A stretch of DNA of 64,000 nucleotides, taken from contig CAWEYG010000005.1 of the NCBI GenBank assembly GCA_963813155.1, positions 215,786 through 279,785 of the forward strand, in the 5' to 3' direction. The stretch's first letter is position 1. Every line of letters starts with the position of its first letter. The notes under the pieces were generated by a model. That model had not been told where the DNA came from, did no database searches, and saw only the letters and a program-made list of their open reading frames with translations. Positions 21,237 to 31,147 of the stretch are shown piece after piece. Position numbers and translations under genes: made by a program. Source of the DNA: an uncultured Acidobacteriota bacterium. Its GTDB lineage: Bacteria; Acidobacteriota; Thermoanaerobaculia; UBA5066; DATFVB01.

Positions 21237-22225
21237 AGCGTTCCTCGCTGGCCGCCCATCTCGCCCTGTGGCGGCCGTTCACGCTGTTGCCGCCGCTTCT
21301 CGGGATCCTCTCCGGCGCGATCTGCGCGTACGGGTCCGCGCACAACCCGGACCCCGCCCGCCGCGTGACGGGGGCGGTGCTCTTCACCGTGATCCTCGGC
21401 TCGATCTGCGCCTCGGCGATGAACGCCGCTTCGAACATCGTCAACCAGATCGCCGATCTCGAGATCGACCGGAAGAACAAGCCGGGGCGCCCGCTCGTCA
21501 CGGGCGAGGTCTCGATCCGATCCGCCTGGAGGGTCGCCTGGGGGCTCTACGCTTTTTCGATTCTGCCCACCTGGTTCGTCGTGCCGTTTCCCCGGACGAG
21601 CTTCCAGGAGCGCCTCACGGCCCCGTTGATCGAGCACGCCTGCTTCTTCATCTACGCGATCGGCCTCCTCGCGACGTTCGTGTATTCCTTCCCGGCGCTC
21701 GGCCGCACCAAGCGCCACTGGTTCTGGGCGAATTTCACGATCGCGTCGACCCGGGGATGCCTCCTGAAGGTCGCGGGATGGTCCTTCCTCGCCCGGGTGA
21801 GCAGCTGGGAGCCGTGGGCGCTCGGGGGCGTGATGGGACTCTTCCTTCTCGGGGCGACTTCGACGAAAGATTTCTCCGACATCGAAGGAGACGCAATGCA
21901 CGGGTGCCGGACGCTGCCGATTCGTTTTGGCGTTTCGGGCGCCGCGAAGATCATGGCCCCGTTTTTCGTCGTTCCGTGGCTGCTGCTTTCCGCCCTTGCT
22001 TTCGCGCCGGACCCGGCTCGCGCGGGATCCCCGCTCCTGACGGGCAACCATGCCTTTCTCCTGTCGTTCGGCATTGCGATGGCGGCCTGGGGGGCCTACA
22101 CGGCGTCGCTGCTTCTCCGCGACCCCGACGCCCTGACCTCGACGGAGAATCACCCGGCCTGGCGGCACATGTACTTGATGCTCATGGCCGCTCAAACGGG
22201 TTTCGCCGCGGCATATCTGGTGTAA
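21233..22225 (+). CDS. UbiA-family prenyltransferase, homogentisate prenyltransferase-like
   Basis: RPFTL, NQIADLEIDRKNKPGRPL, YSFP..RTKR, KDFSDIEGD; GTGA overlap with the kinase fusion. Confidence 0.85.
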   Translation: MKRSSLAAHLALWRPFTLLPPLLGILSGAICAYGSAHNPDPARRVTGAVLFTVILGSICASAMNAASNIVNQIADLEIDRKNKPGRPLVTGEVSIRSAWRVAWGLYAFSILPTWFVVPFPRTSFQERLTAPLIEHACFFIYAIGLLATFVYSFPALGRTKRHWFWANFTIASTRGCLLKVAGWSFLARVSSWEPWALGGVMGLFLLGATSTKDFSDIEGDAMHGCRTLPIRFGVSGAAKIMAPFFVVPWLLLSALAFAPDPARAGSPLLTGNHAFLLSFGIAMAAWGAYTASLLLRDPDALTSTENHPAWRHMYLMLMAAQTGFAAAYLV

Positions 22226-22234
22226 AATTTTTGC

Positions 22235-22603
22235 ATGAGCTGGGAACGGGGGGTCCACTTCGCAGGTCCGATCGCCCTCCTGCTCATCAGCCTGCGGCCC
22301 CTCCTTCGCCGCCGCGGCCACCACACGATCGACCGGAGGACAGCGTGGCTCTGCCTCCTGGGCGGATTCGTGTGGCCCCTCTCGGTCGTGCTTCGCCTGG
22401 CCTCCGGCTTTCCGACGGACCGCGTGTTCGAGTTGCTCGACTCCGCTTCGATTTTCTTCGGCGGGATCCTGTTCGCCTACGGATTCTGGGCCCTGCGGCG
22501 CGTTCGCTTCTCGCTTCACTCGGAGGGCGACGACTGGTCGTTGAAGTACCGGAAGTCGGAGCGCCGCGTGAAGAACCGCTCGAACTCCGAGCGGCCCTCC
22601 TAA
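22235..22603 (+). CDS. Small hypothetical membrane protein (3 TM)
   Basis: Three hydrophobic segments; TAAAAT 6 nt before the ATG. Confidence 0.55.
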   Translation: MSWERGVHFAGPIALLLISLRPLLRRRGHHTIDRRTAWLCLLGGFVWPLSVVLRLASGFPTDRVFELLDSASIFFGGILFAYGFWALRRVRFSLHSEGDDWSLKYRKSERRVKNRSNSERPS

Positions 22604-22609
22604 ACTCGA

Positions 22610-23200
22610 CTAGCGGTCTTTCCCCTCGGCGACGATGCGCACGTTGCCGTCTTCGCTTCGGATCGAGACGATTTCTCCCGGGCCGAGAGAATCGATGCGG
22701 CGGAGGATTTCCTTCGGCGAGATCGGCTTCTCCTGCGCGAGCCCCGCGAGGAGGGGTTTCGGCAGGACGATTTCCGCTTCGCGGCGACCGCCGTCGTGGA
22801 TGACGTGGACCCGCACCTCGGTTCCGTCCTGAAACACGTCGAGAGCCTCGTCGTCTCCGTGAATCGCGATTCGCGAGGGATGCTCGGGCGTCCCCTTCTC
22901 CGCCGCTTCCAGAATGTCCCTCGGCGTGATCCGCCGTTCGTCTCCGCCGGCGGAAAACGTCCAGTCCCGCCAATCGTCGTTGTCCCACGAGTGCGAGACG
23001 AGCTGCGAGACCTTTCCCACGAGAAAGCCGGGGAGGCGGACGGAGATGTGCTTGTCGCGGCCGTTTTCGTGTCCGTTGATCTCGACCCGGAACGAGCGGA
23101 CGCGCGTCATGCCCGGAGCCGGCCGCCGGAAGAAGCCCCACCCGAGCGCGATCAGCACGACCACGACGAGGCCCAGGACGATCGCTCGAAGCTCTTTCAT
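22610..23200 (-). CDS. Hypothetical membrane-anchored protein
   Basis: N-terminal TM segment, internally repeated beta/alpha unit; TAGGAT 8 nt upstream. Confidence 0.65.
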   Translation of the reverse strand: MKELRAIVLGLVVVVLIALGWGFFRRPAPGMTRVRSFRVEINGHENGRDKHISVRLPGFLVGKVSQLVSHSWDNDDWRDWTFSAGGDERRITPRDILEAAEKGTPEHPSRIAIHGDDEALDVFQDGTEVRVHVIHDGGRREAEIVLPKPLLAGLAQEKPISPKEILRRIDSLGPGEIVSIRSEDGNVRIVAEGKDR

Positions 23201-23276
23201 CTCACTCGATCCTACGGCCGCCGGCTGGAAAAGTTCCCCGCGGGCGACTATGATACGCTGATTTTTTGGGAGCGTG

Positions 23277-23726
23277 ATGCCTCATTTCATTCAAGATACG
23301 TGCATTGGTTGCGGGGTTTGCGAGGTCAAATGCCCGACCCACACGATCACGGGCGACAAGAAGGAAAAGTACGTCATTCACGCCGATCGCTGCATCGATT
23401 GCTCGGTCTGCGCGCGGTATTGTCCGGTCTCCTGCATCGAAAACAATGCCGGCCAGCTCGTCGAGAAGGTCAAGCCCAAGGACATCCCGAAGGCGATCGT
23501 CGACCGCGATCTGTGCACGGGCTGCGAGTTCTGCATCGACATCTGCCCGTTCGACTGCATCTACCTGATCGAGGACCCGCTCCACGAGACGATGGTTCAC
23601 AAGATCGCGGAAGTCGAGGCCGGGCCCTGCGTCTCCTGCCGCCTGTGTGAAACGGTCTGCGACAAGGACGCGATTTTCGTCCCCAACCCCATCACCCAGG
23701 CCAAGCGCTTCCTCCCGGTGCTCTGA
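23277..23726 (+). CDS. Polyferredoxin, 4x[4Fe-4S]
   Basis: CIGCGVCEVKCP, CIDCSVCARYCP, CTGCEFCIDICP, CVSCRLCETVCD; GGGAG RBS. Confidence 0.9.
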   Translation: MPHFIQDTCIGCGVCEVKCPTHTITGDKKEKYVIHADRCIDCSVCARYCPVSCIENNAGQLVEKVKPKDIPKAIVDRDLCTGCEFCIDICPFDCIYLIEDPLHETMVHKIAEVEAGPCVSCRLCETVCDKDAIFVPNPITQAKRFLPVL

Positions 23727-23727
23727 C

Positions 23728-24594
23728 GTGGACGAAGAACCCGCTCCCCCCGAGCCGCGCGGCGGCCGACTCGTCCTGCAGTTCTTTCTCGTTCCCCTCC
23801 TCGTCGTCGCCGTGTGCGTCGGGATCTTCTTTCTGTTCTCGCTCCTCACGTTCGAGCGCAAGTCGCCGGCCGACTACCTCGCCGACGTGAAGGGCGGGGC
23901 CGCGAACCAGCGGTGGCAATCGGCCTTCGAGCTCTCGCGCGCGGTCGCGAGGATTCCTCCCGGTCCCGAACGCCAGAAACTCGCGGCCGGCACGCTCGAG
24001 GTCTTCCTCCACCTGAGGAGCGACCGGGCCGACGACCGCGACGTCAAGCGTTACCTGGCGCTCGTTCTCGGCCGCCTGCAGGATCGCTCGGCAATCCCGG
24101 CGCTCGAGGAAAGCGCGCGCGATTCCGACCCGATGATTCGGCTCTACTCGGTCTGGGCCCTGGGGATGATGGGAGACGCGGGCGCGGTGCCGACGGTGAT
24201 CGCGGAGTCCTCCGCCGAGGACCCCGGAGCGCGCAAGATGGCCGCTTACGTCCTCGGAAAGATCGGCGATCGACGCGCCATTCCCCGGCTGACGGCGATG
24301 ACGGCGGATCACGTCGCCGACGTGCGGTGGAACGCCGCGATCGCGCTCGCCGAGCTCCACGACGGCGGCGGAAAGGAAGTGCTCCGGTCGATGCTCGACC
24401 GCCGCGCTCTCGCGCGGCAGGCCGAGAACCTGCGGCCCTCGCAGTTCGAGGAGGCGATGATCAACGCCGCGAAGGCCGAGGCGGTGCTCGGCGACGAACA
24501 GGCGCGGCCGATTCTCGAAGAGCTCGCCCGGAGCGACGAGAGCCTGAGGGTTCGGGACGCGGCGCAGCGTGCGGCCGAAGCGCTGAAGCGGTAG
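23728..24594 (+). CDS. Membrane-anchored HEAT-repeat protein
   Basis: N-terminal TM; repeats such as VRWNAAIALAEL and ARKMAAYVLGKIGD. Confidence 0.85.
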   Translation: MDEEPAPPEPRGGRLVLQFFLVPLLVVAVCVGIFFLFSLLTFERKSPADYLADVKGGAANQRWQSAFELSRAVARIPPGPERQKLAAGTLEVFLHLRSDRADDRDVKRYLALVLGRLQDRSAIPALEESARDSDPMIRLYSVWALGMMGDAGAVPTVIAESSAEDPGARKMAAYVLGKIGDRRAIPRLTAMTADHVADVRWNAAIALAELHDGGGKEVLRSMLDRRALARQAENLRPSQFEEAMINAAKAEAVLGDEQARPILEELARSDESLRVRDAAQRAAEALKR

Positions 24595-24663
24595 GGAGAT
24601 ACGGTCTTGAGCGTGCGACGAGGGTTTTGATATGGTGAATTCCCTAGCGATGGAAATACTCTG

Positions 24664-25215
24664 ATGTCGGCCCGCGAACCGAAAATCGTTTCGAGCGCGC
24701 GCCCTTCCGCGGCGTCCGACCCGGAAGCCATGACCCGGCGCGACGCCGTCAAGTGGCTGACGCTGGCCTGGGTCGGGTTCGCCGCGGCGGTCGGAGCCGC
24801 GTTGACGGCCACGGCCCGCTTCATGTTTCCCAACGTCCTGTTCGAGCCGCCGACCCTCTTCAAGGCCGGCCTTCCGTCCGACTACGGCCTCGGAGTCGAC
24901 GAGCGGTGGAAGGAGCGTTACGGCGTCTGGGTCGTCCGGAACACGACGGAAATCTACTCGCTCATTTCGGTCTGCGTGCACCTGGGCTGCACGCCGAACT
25001 GGCTCGCGGCGCAGAACAAGTTCAAATGCCCGTGCCACGGTTCCGGCTACTACATCTCCGGAATCAATTTCGAGGGGCCGGCGCCCCGCGCGCTCGAGCG
25101 GGCGGCGATCTCGGTTTCCCCCGACGACGGCCAGCTGATCGTCGACAAGGGCACGAAGTTCCTGTTCGAGCAGGGCCAGTGGACCGACCCCAAGGCTTTC
25201 GTGAAAGTCGGATAA
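24664..25215 (+). CDS. Rieske iron-sulfur subunit of a Rieske/cytochrome b complex
   Basis: TRR Tat-type anchor, CVHLGC, CPCHGSGY, GPAPRAL. Confidence 0.93.
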   Translation: MSAREPKIVSSARPSAASDPEAMTRRDAVKWLTLAWVGFAAAVGAALTATARFMFPNVLFEPPTLFKAGLPSDYGLGVDERWKERYGVWVVRNTTEIYSLISVCVHLGCTPNWLAAQNKFKCPCHGSGYYISGINFEGPAPRALERAAISVSPDDGQLIVDKGTKFLFEQGQWTDPKAFVKVG

Positions 25216-25282
25216 GATCGCTCGCGATTTTCCTGAGGATGCCGGTGAATCAACTGCTGCGTGACGAGTGCGAGGTTCGGGC

Positions 25283-26072
25283 ATGATCGACAGGCTCCGC
25301 GACATTCAGAAGTCGGTCGTCGACAGCCAGATCTGGAAATCGATCTTCCGGGTCGGCGTGCCCAACACGAACCGCAAGCGCGTTCTCGCGATGCTCGGCA
25401 ACGTCGTCCTCCACCTGCATCCGGTCAAGACGCGCAAGTCGGGCGTGAAGATGCGCTACACCTGGTGCGCCGGGGGAGTGACGTTCTTCCTCTTCCTCGT
25501 GCTGACGTTCACGGGCCTGCTCCTGATGTTCTACTACCGGCCGACCGTCGAATACGCCTACGTCGACGCTCTCGACCTGAGGGAACAGGTGCCGTTCGGA
25601 ATCATGCGCGAGATCCACCGATGGGGCGCGCACGCGATGGTGATCGCGGTCTGGATTCACATGTTCCGCGTCTTCATGACCGGCTCCTACAAGCCGCCGC
25701 GCGAGTTCAACTGGGTCGTCGGCGTGATCCTGCTCGTGCTGACCCTGCTCCTGTCCTTCACCGGCTACCTGCTGCCGTGGGACCAGCTCGCGATCTGGGC
25801 GATCACGGTCGGCTCCAACATGGCGGGCGCCACGCCCCTCGTCGGCACGCAGGGCCCGGGCACGGCGCTGCTCAAGATCGGCGACATCTCGCTCGTGACG
25901 TCGACCGACGACGCGCGATTCGCGCTGCTCGGCGGGCGGTTCGTGGGCGCCGGAGCCCTGCTGCGCTTCTACGTTCTCCATTGCGTCGGCATCCCGCTCG
26001 TCGCGGCGTTTCTCGATGGCGGTTCATTTCTGGCGCGTCCGGAAGGACGGCGGAATCAGCGGACCGGTCTGA
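25283..26072 (+). CDS. Cytochrome b6-like N-terminal subunit (apparent frameshift near 26017)
   Basis: [31 protein letters not shown]; corrected C-terminus [18 protein letters not shown]. Confidence 0.9.
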
Positions 26073-26085
26073 GCGGCGGACAGCA

Positions 26086-27174
26086 ATGATCGTCGTTCAG
26101 TTTCTCGAATCCGTCGTCAATTTTCTGTGCAAGCCGCAGATCTTCGTGCCCGCTCATGGGCATCGCGCTCTTCACCGCGCTCTACACGAAGTGGCTGTGG
26201 ACTCCCCGGGGCGGGTTCACGCTGATCCTGGCGGTCAGCCTGTTTTTCCTCGTTTCGTATTTCGACCCGAATTTCAAGAAGGTCGCCTCCGCGCCCGACA
26301 ACGTTCCGATCGTCGGGATGATCTTCATCATCCTGTTCTACCTCTGGTACGCCATGCACCAGGCGAAGAACAACGACGAGCGCATCGCGCAGGGCCTCGG
26401 GCCCAACGAGGGACGAGGATTCCTACCAGAAAGTCTTCTCGTGGCCCGACCTCGTGTACATCGAGCTGATCTGCCTCGTCCTGGTCTCCGCGCTGCTCAT
26501 CGTGTGGTCGATCTTCCTGAAGGCCCCGCTGGAAGAGCCCGCGAACCCGACGAACTCACCGAATCCCGGCGAAGGCCCCCTGGTACTTCCTCGGGCTGCA
26601 GGAAATGCTCGTGTACTTCGATCCGTGGCTCGCCGGCGTCGTGCTGCCGGGCCTGATCATCGTCGGACTGATGGCGATCCCGTACATCGACGTCAACCCG
26701 AAGGGCAACGGCTACTACACGTTCAAAGAGCGGAAGTGGGAGATCTCGATCTTCCTGCTCGGGTTCCTGATCTTCTGGATCGTCCTGATCTTTCTCGGCA
26801 CGTTCCTCCGCGGCCCGAACTGGAATTTCTTCGGCCCGTACGAGCTCTGGGACCCGAACAAGCTGGAGCCGCTGAACAACATCAACATTTCCGAAATCGT
26901 CTGGGTCAAGATGCTGCACAAGGGGCTGCCGACGTTCTGGCTGCTTCGCGAGGTCGTCGGCCTCGGCTTCATCCTGGTCTATCTCGGAATTCTTCCGGTC
27001 GTCCTGTCGAGGACCCTCTTCCGCAGGTTCTACGAGAAAATGGGGCCCGTCCGGTATTACGTCGGCTGCCTGCTGCTGCTCGTGATGTTCCTGATGCCGA
27101 TCAAGATGTTCCTGCGGTGGACGCTGAACCTGAAGTACATCGTCGCGATTCCGGAAGTCTCCTTCAACATCTGA
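26086..27174 (+). CDS. Cytochrome b subunit IV-like protein with extra TM helices (three apparent frameshifts)
   Basis: Pieces join to ...WPDLVYIE...[32 protein letters not shown]...; breaks near 26150, 26411 and 26566. Confidence 0.82.
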
Positions 27175-27184
27175 GGAACGCGAA

Positions 27185-30100
27185 ATGCCGAGGAGACCGC
27201 CCGCCGAGCCCATCGACCACCACTACAACATCGCCCGGCTGACGCGCGTTTTCGCGCTGTCCGGCCTGATCGTCCTCGTCTGTTCGGTCGCGATGATCTG
27301 GACGGACTATCGCGAGCGGCTGGAGCTTCACGAAGAGCTGGAAGGGCTACCAGCTGCAATTCCTCGAAGTCGATCGCCAGAAGACGAAGCCAGGACCTGG
27401 CCGCCGCCCGCGAGAAGGTCTCTCGCGAGGACTACGACGCGGCCGAGACGCAGCTGCACGCGGCGCAGGCCGAGCAGGCGGAGAGCCGCAAGGCGGCCGC
27501 CCGGCTGAATCAGCAGATCAAGGATACCGACGCCGTCCGGTACCGGGACGACCAGAACTATCGGTTCGAGAAGGCGGTCGTCGACACGGCGCGGTACGAG
27601 CTGGAAGTGGCGGAGGATTCCGGGAACGATGCCGCGATCCGGAAGCGGCGCAAGGAGTTCGACGATCTCGCAGCCGATCTGCAGAAGAAACAGCTCCAGC
27701 TCCAGGCGACGACCGCGAAGCTGAACGACCTCAAGTCGCAGGCCGACGCGCTGACCGAGAAGGGGACCGACGCGGACAAGAAGATCAAGGCCCTGACGGC
27801 GAACTTCACGCTCGCGGCCAGGAAGCTCGGGTCGCTCAAGGAAGACGCGATCTTCAAGAGCCGGAATGCCCCGATCCTCGACATGGTCAACCCGTCGATC
27901 AAGGTCCAGCAGGTGATCCTGCCGGACCTGTTCAACGACGTGAACTTCATGAAGATCCCGCGGGTCGACCGCTGCATGTCGTGCCACATGGGCGCCGACA
28001 AGAGGGGCTACACGCCCGAGGCCGTCGCGAAGATCCCGGAAGTCTTCCAGAGCCATACGAACCTTTCGCTCATTCTCGGAAGCGAGTCGCCGCACACGCT
28101 CGCCGATTTCGGGTGCACGTCCTGCCACGGCGGACACGACCGCTCGACGTCCTTCTTCCACTCGGCTCATCAGCCTTCGAGCAAGGCCGAGGAGGCGAAG
28201 TGGGAGAAGAAATACGGCTGGGAGCTCGACGAGTTCGTCGAGATGCCGATCTACCCGATCCGATACGCGCAGGCCGGCTGCTACCGCTGCCATTCCCGGG
28301 AAGTGAACTTTCCGACGGCGCCGCGGCTCGACGCGGGCCTGCGCATCATCGAATCTCTCGGCTGCTGGGGATGCCACCGGATCAAGGGCTTCGAGGATCA
28401 GCACCTTCCGAAAGTCGGCCCGTCGCTCGCCAAGATCGCCGGGAAGGTCAGCCCGGACTGGGCGGTTCGCTGGATTTCGAATCCAACGGCGTTCCGCTCG
28501 AGCACGAAGATGCCCAGGTTTTTCTACCTCGACAATTTCGTTCACAACGAAGGGATCGACCCGAAGACGGGCCGATACCGCTCACCCAATCGGATGCAGC
28601 AGAGCCAGAATGAGGAAGGGCGCCGCATCAACGACACGATGGTGCGCGCGATCGCCGCGTACCTGTTCGACAAGTCCCAGAAACCCGCGGCTCCCGTCGC
28701 GGCAAGAACGGGCGACGCCGTCCACGGCAAGTGGCTGTTCGAAAACCGTGGGTGCATGGGGTGCCACGTGCTCGAGCCCGGCGCGAAGCGCGACCTGATC
28801 GGGACGTATCGGCAGTTCGGGCCCAATCTCGCGGGCGTCGGTTCCAAGGACAGCCGGGACTGGATCTTCGCCTGGATCAAGGACCCGAAAGCGTGGAATC
28901 CCGAGACGAAGATGCCGAATCTTCGGTTGTCCGACGAAGACGCGGCGGACGTCTCGGAATACCTGTCGCGGCAGAAAGCGCCCGCCGGGTTCGACGCCGA
29001 AGGGATTCCCGAGCCCGACAAGGCGTCACTCGACAAGATCTCCATGTATTTCGAGACGACGACGAGATCGATCGTCGACGCGAGGGCGGACCTCGCGAAA
29101 ATGTCGCAGCCGCAGGAGCTGTCGTACGCGGGCGAGAAGCTGATCGCCCACTACGGATGTTTCGCCTGCCACGACATCCCGGGCTTCGAAGACGCGAAGC
29201 CGATCGGCACGGAGCTCTCGGAGTGGGGAAACAAGGCGCCCCACCGGCTGGATTTCGGGTTCATCGACATCGACCACACGCGGCAGGACTTCATCCGCAC
29301 GAAGCTCGGCAACACGCGCATCTACGACCAGGACAGGGTCCGCGGGTGGGAAGAGAAGCTGAAGATGCCGCTGTTCTCCTTCTCCGAGCCGGAAAAAGAC
29401 GCCGTGATCACGGCGGTGCTCGGCTTCCAGAAGGACGACATGGCGGACTCGAAGAAGAAGCGCCTCTCGGCCGAGGAAGTTTCGATCGAGCGCGGCCGGC
29501 GCATCATCAAAGACCACAACTGCCAGGGCTGCCATGTCCTGGAAGGCCGGGGAGGCTCGATCCGCGACACGATGCCCGACGTGTCGCTCGCGCCGCCGAT
29601 CATCAAGGGTGAGGGCGCGAAGGTCCAGAGCGACTGGCTCTTCGCGTTCCTGAGCTCGCCGAAGACGGGGCAGATCCGCCCCTGGCTGCAGGTCCACATG
29701 CCGACGTTCGGCTTCACCGACGGGCAGCTGAACGACCTGACGCGCTATTTCGCGTCGCTGTCGAAGGCGTCGTACCCGTTCCTCCTGGCCGACAGCCAGC
29801 CCGATCCGAAGTCGCTCGCCTCGGGCAGGAAAGTCTTCGAGATGTACCGCTGCTTTCAGTGCCATCCGAAGAGCCAGCAGGAAATGGATAAGGTCGAAGA
29901 CAAGTCGTCTCTCGCGCCGAACCTGCAGATGGCCCATGGCCGGCTGCGCCACGACTGGATCAACGACTGGATTTCGCGCCCCGATGACTGGCTGCCGGGA
30001 ACCCGGATGCCGACGAACTTCCCGAAAGACGACACGACCGGAAATCGTTACGTCACGCTCGCGCTCGGCTGGGACTCGCCCCAGATCGCGAAGGACCGGG

Positions 30101-30276
30101 CGGAGCTCGAGCGAATCTGGGGAAGCCCGAAGGCAGCCGCGGACTTCATCCACGACGTCGATCGCGTGACGCGCTCCCTGCGCGACTACGTCTGGTCGAT
30201 CGGGGAAGGTTCGCCGGCGCAGGCCGAGAACGCCCCGAAACCGGCGAAGGCGCGCCGGCTCTCGGCCTCTCGTTGA
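27185..30276 (+). CDS. Membrane-anchored octaheme cytochrome c with coiled-coil stalk (apparent frameshifts near 27310 and 27391)
   Basis: Eight CxxCH motifs: CMSCH, CTSCH, CYRCH, CWGCH, CMGCH, CFACH, CQGCH, CFQCH; N-terminal TM in ORF 27185. Confidence 0.88.
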
Positions 30277-30854
30277 TTCTCTCCGCCCTCCTTTCCGCGC
30301 TGCTCCTGGCGGCCGCGGGGGGTCCGGTGGCGACCGGAACCGTCGTGGGCCGCTCCCCGGCAGCGTCCGTCGTGTTTCTGGCCGTCCCGGTGTCCGAAGT
30401 CCAAGTCCCGCCGCCGGCGCCGGGCCCCACGGTCCGGCTCGCCGTTCAGAACGGACGCGTCGCGCCGAAGATCTCCGCTGCGGGGATCGGCTCCTCGCTC
30501 CAGATCACGCTCCTCGACGCGGTGTTCGCCGATCTGTCCGTGTATTTCGGGCTCTCCGATCTCGCGTTCCGCCACAAATTCGTCACGCCGGGCGACGTCT
30601 CGAAAACGAAGCTCTCCCGCCCGGGTTTGATGACGATCGAAAACGAGAACGCGCCGACGGAGCGCGCCTACGTCTACGTGACGCCGACCCCGCATTTCGC
30701 GGTCGTCGGCAGCGACGGCCGCTACCGGCTCGACGGCGTTCCGACAGGAAAGCGCCGCGTGACGGCCTGGGACGAGGCGAAAGGCACGCAGGACCGCGAC
30801 GTCGTGGTGCCGGCGGGCGGGGCGGTCAACGTGGATTTCGAGTTCAGAAAATAG
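30273..30854 (+). CDS. Secreted protein with a carboxypeptidase-regulatory-like beta domain
   Basis: Signal peptide; PHFAVVGSDGRYRLDGVPTGKRRVTAW; TTGA overlap with the cytochrome stop. Confidence 0.75.
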   Translation: MILSALLSALLLAAAGGPVATGTVVGRSPAASVVFLAVPVSEVQVPPPAPGPTVRLAVQNGRVAPKISAAGIGSSLQITLLDAVFADLSVYFGLSDLAFRHKFVTPGDVSKTKLSRPGLMTIENENAPTERAYVYVTPTPHFAVVGSDGRYRLDGVPTGKRRVTAWDEAKGTQDRDVVVPAGGAVNVDFEFRK

Positions 30855-30994
30855 CTCGCTCGACCCGATTCGCGGCTAGCCCCAGCGCCAGCTCGGCAAG
30901 TCTCTTCGACCCTCGGCCGCAGTTCGCTTTCCCTCGGGATCTCAGAGACCAGCCTGCGCCGGCGCGTTGACCCGGCCGCTCTCGGGCCTTCGCT
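30852..30994. repeat. Structured intergenic repeat, copy 2
   Basis: Same flanking blocks as 16735-16942 with a different, shorter core. Confidence 0.75.
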
Positions 30995-31018
30995 CGCCGG
31001 CGGCGGTAGAATCCTCCC

Positions 31019-31147
31019 GTGCACGCCTCGATCTACATCTTCTACATGGTCCTCTTCACCGGCCTCGTGGCGTTTTGCGTGTTCCTGTGGGCCGTGAGGG
31101 AGGACGACGACGCCGGCGAGGCGTCCAAGGACGACAAGGACGACTAG
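31019..31147 (+). CDS. 42-aa single-TM small protein, CcoS-like
   Basis: Read by hand: MHASIYIFYMVLFTGLVAFCVFLWAVREDDDAGEASKDDKDD*; TAGAAT 6 nt upstream. Confidence 0.6.
   Translation: MHASIYIFYMVLFTGLVAFCVFLWAVREDDDAGEASKDDKDD

Noticed and set aside
26000-27400. Programmed frameshifting in the cytochrome genes
   Set aside because: No slippery heptamers seen, and the same +1 pattern affects unrelated housekeeping genes.
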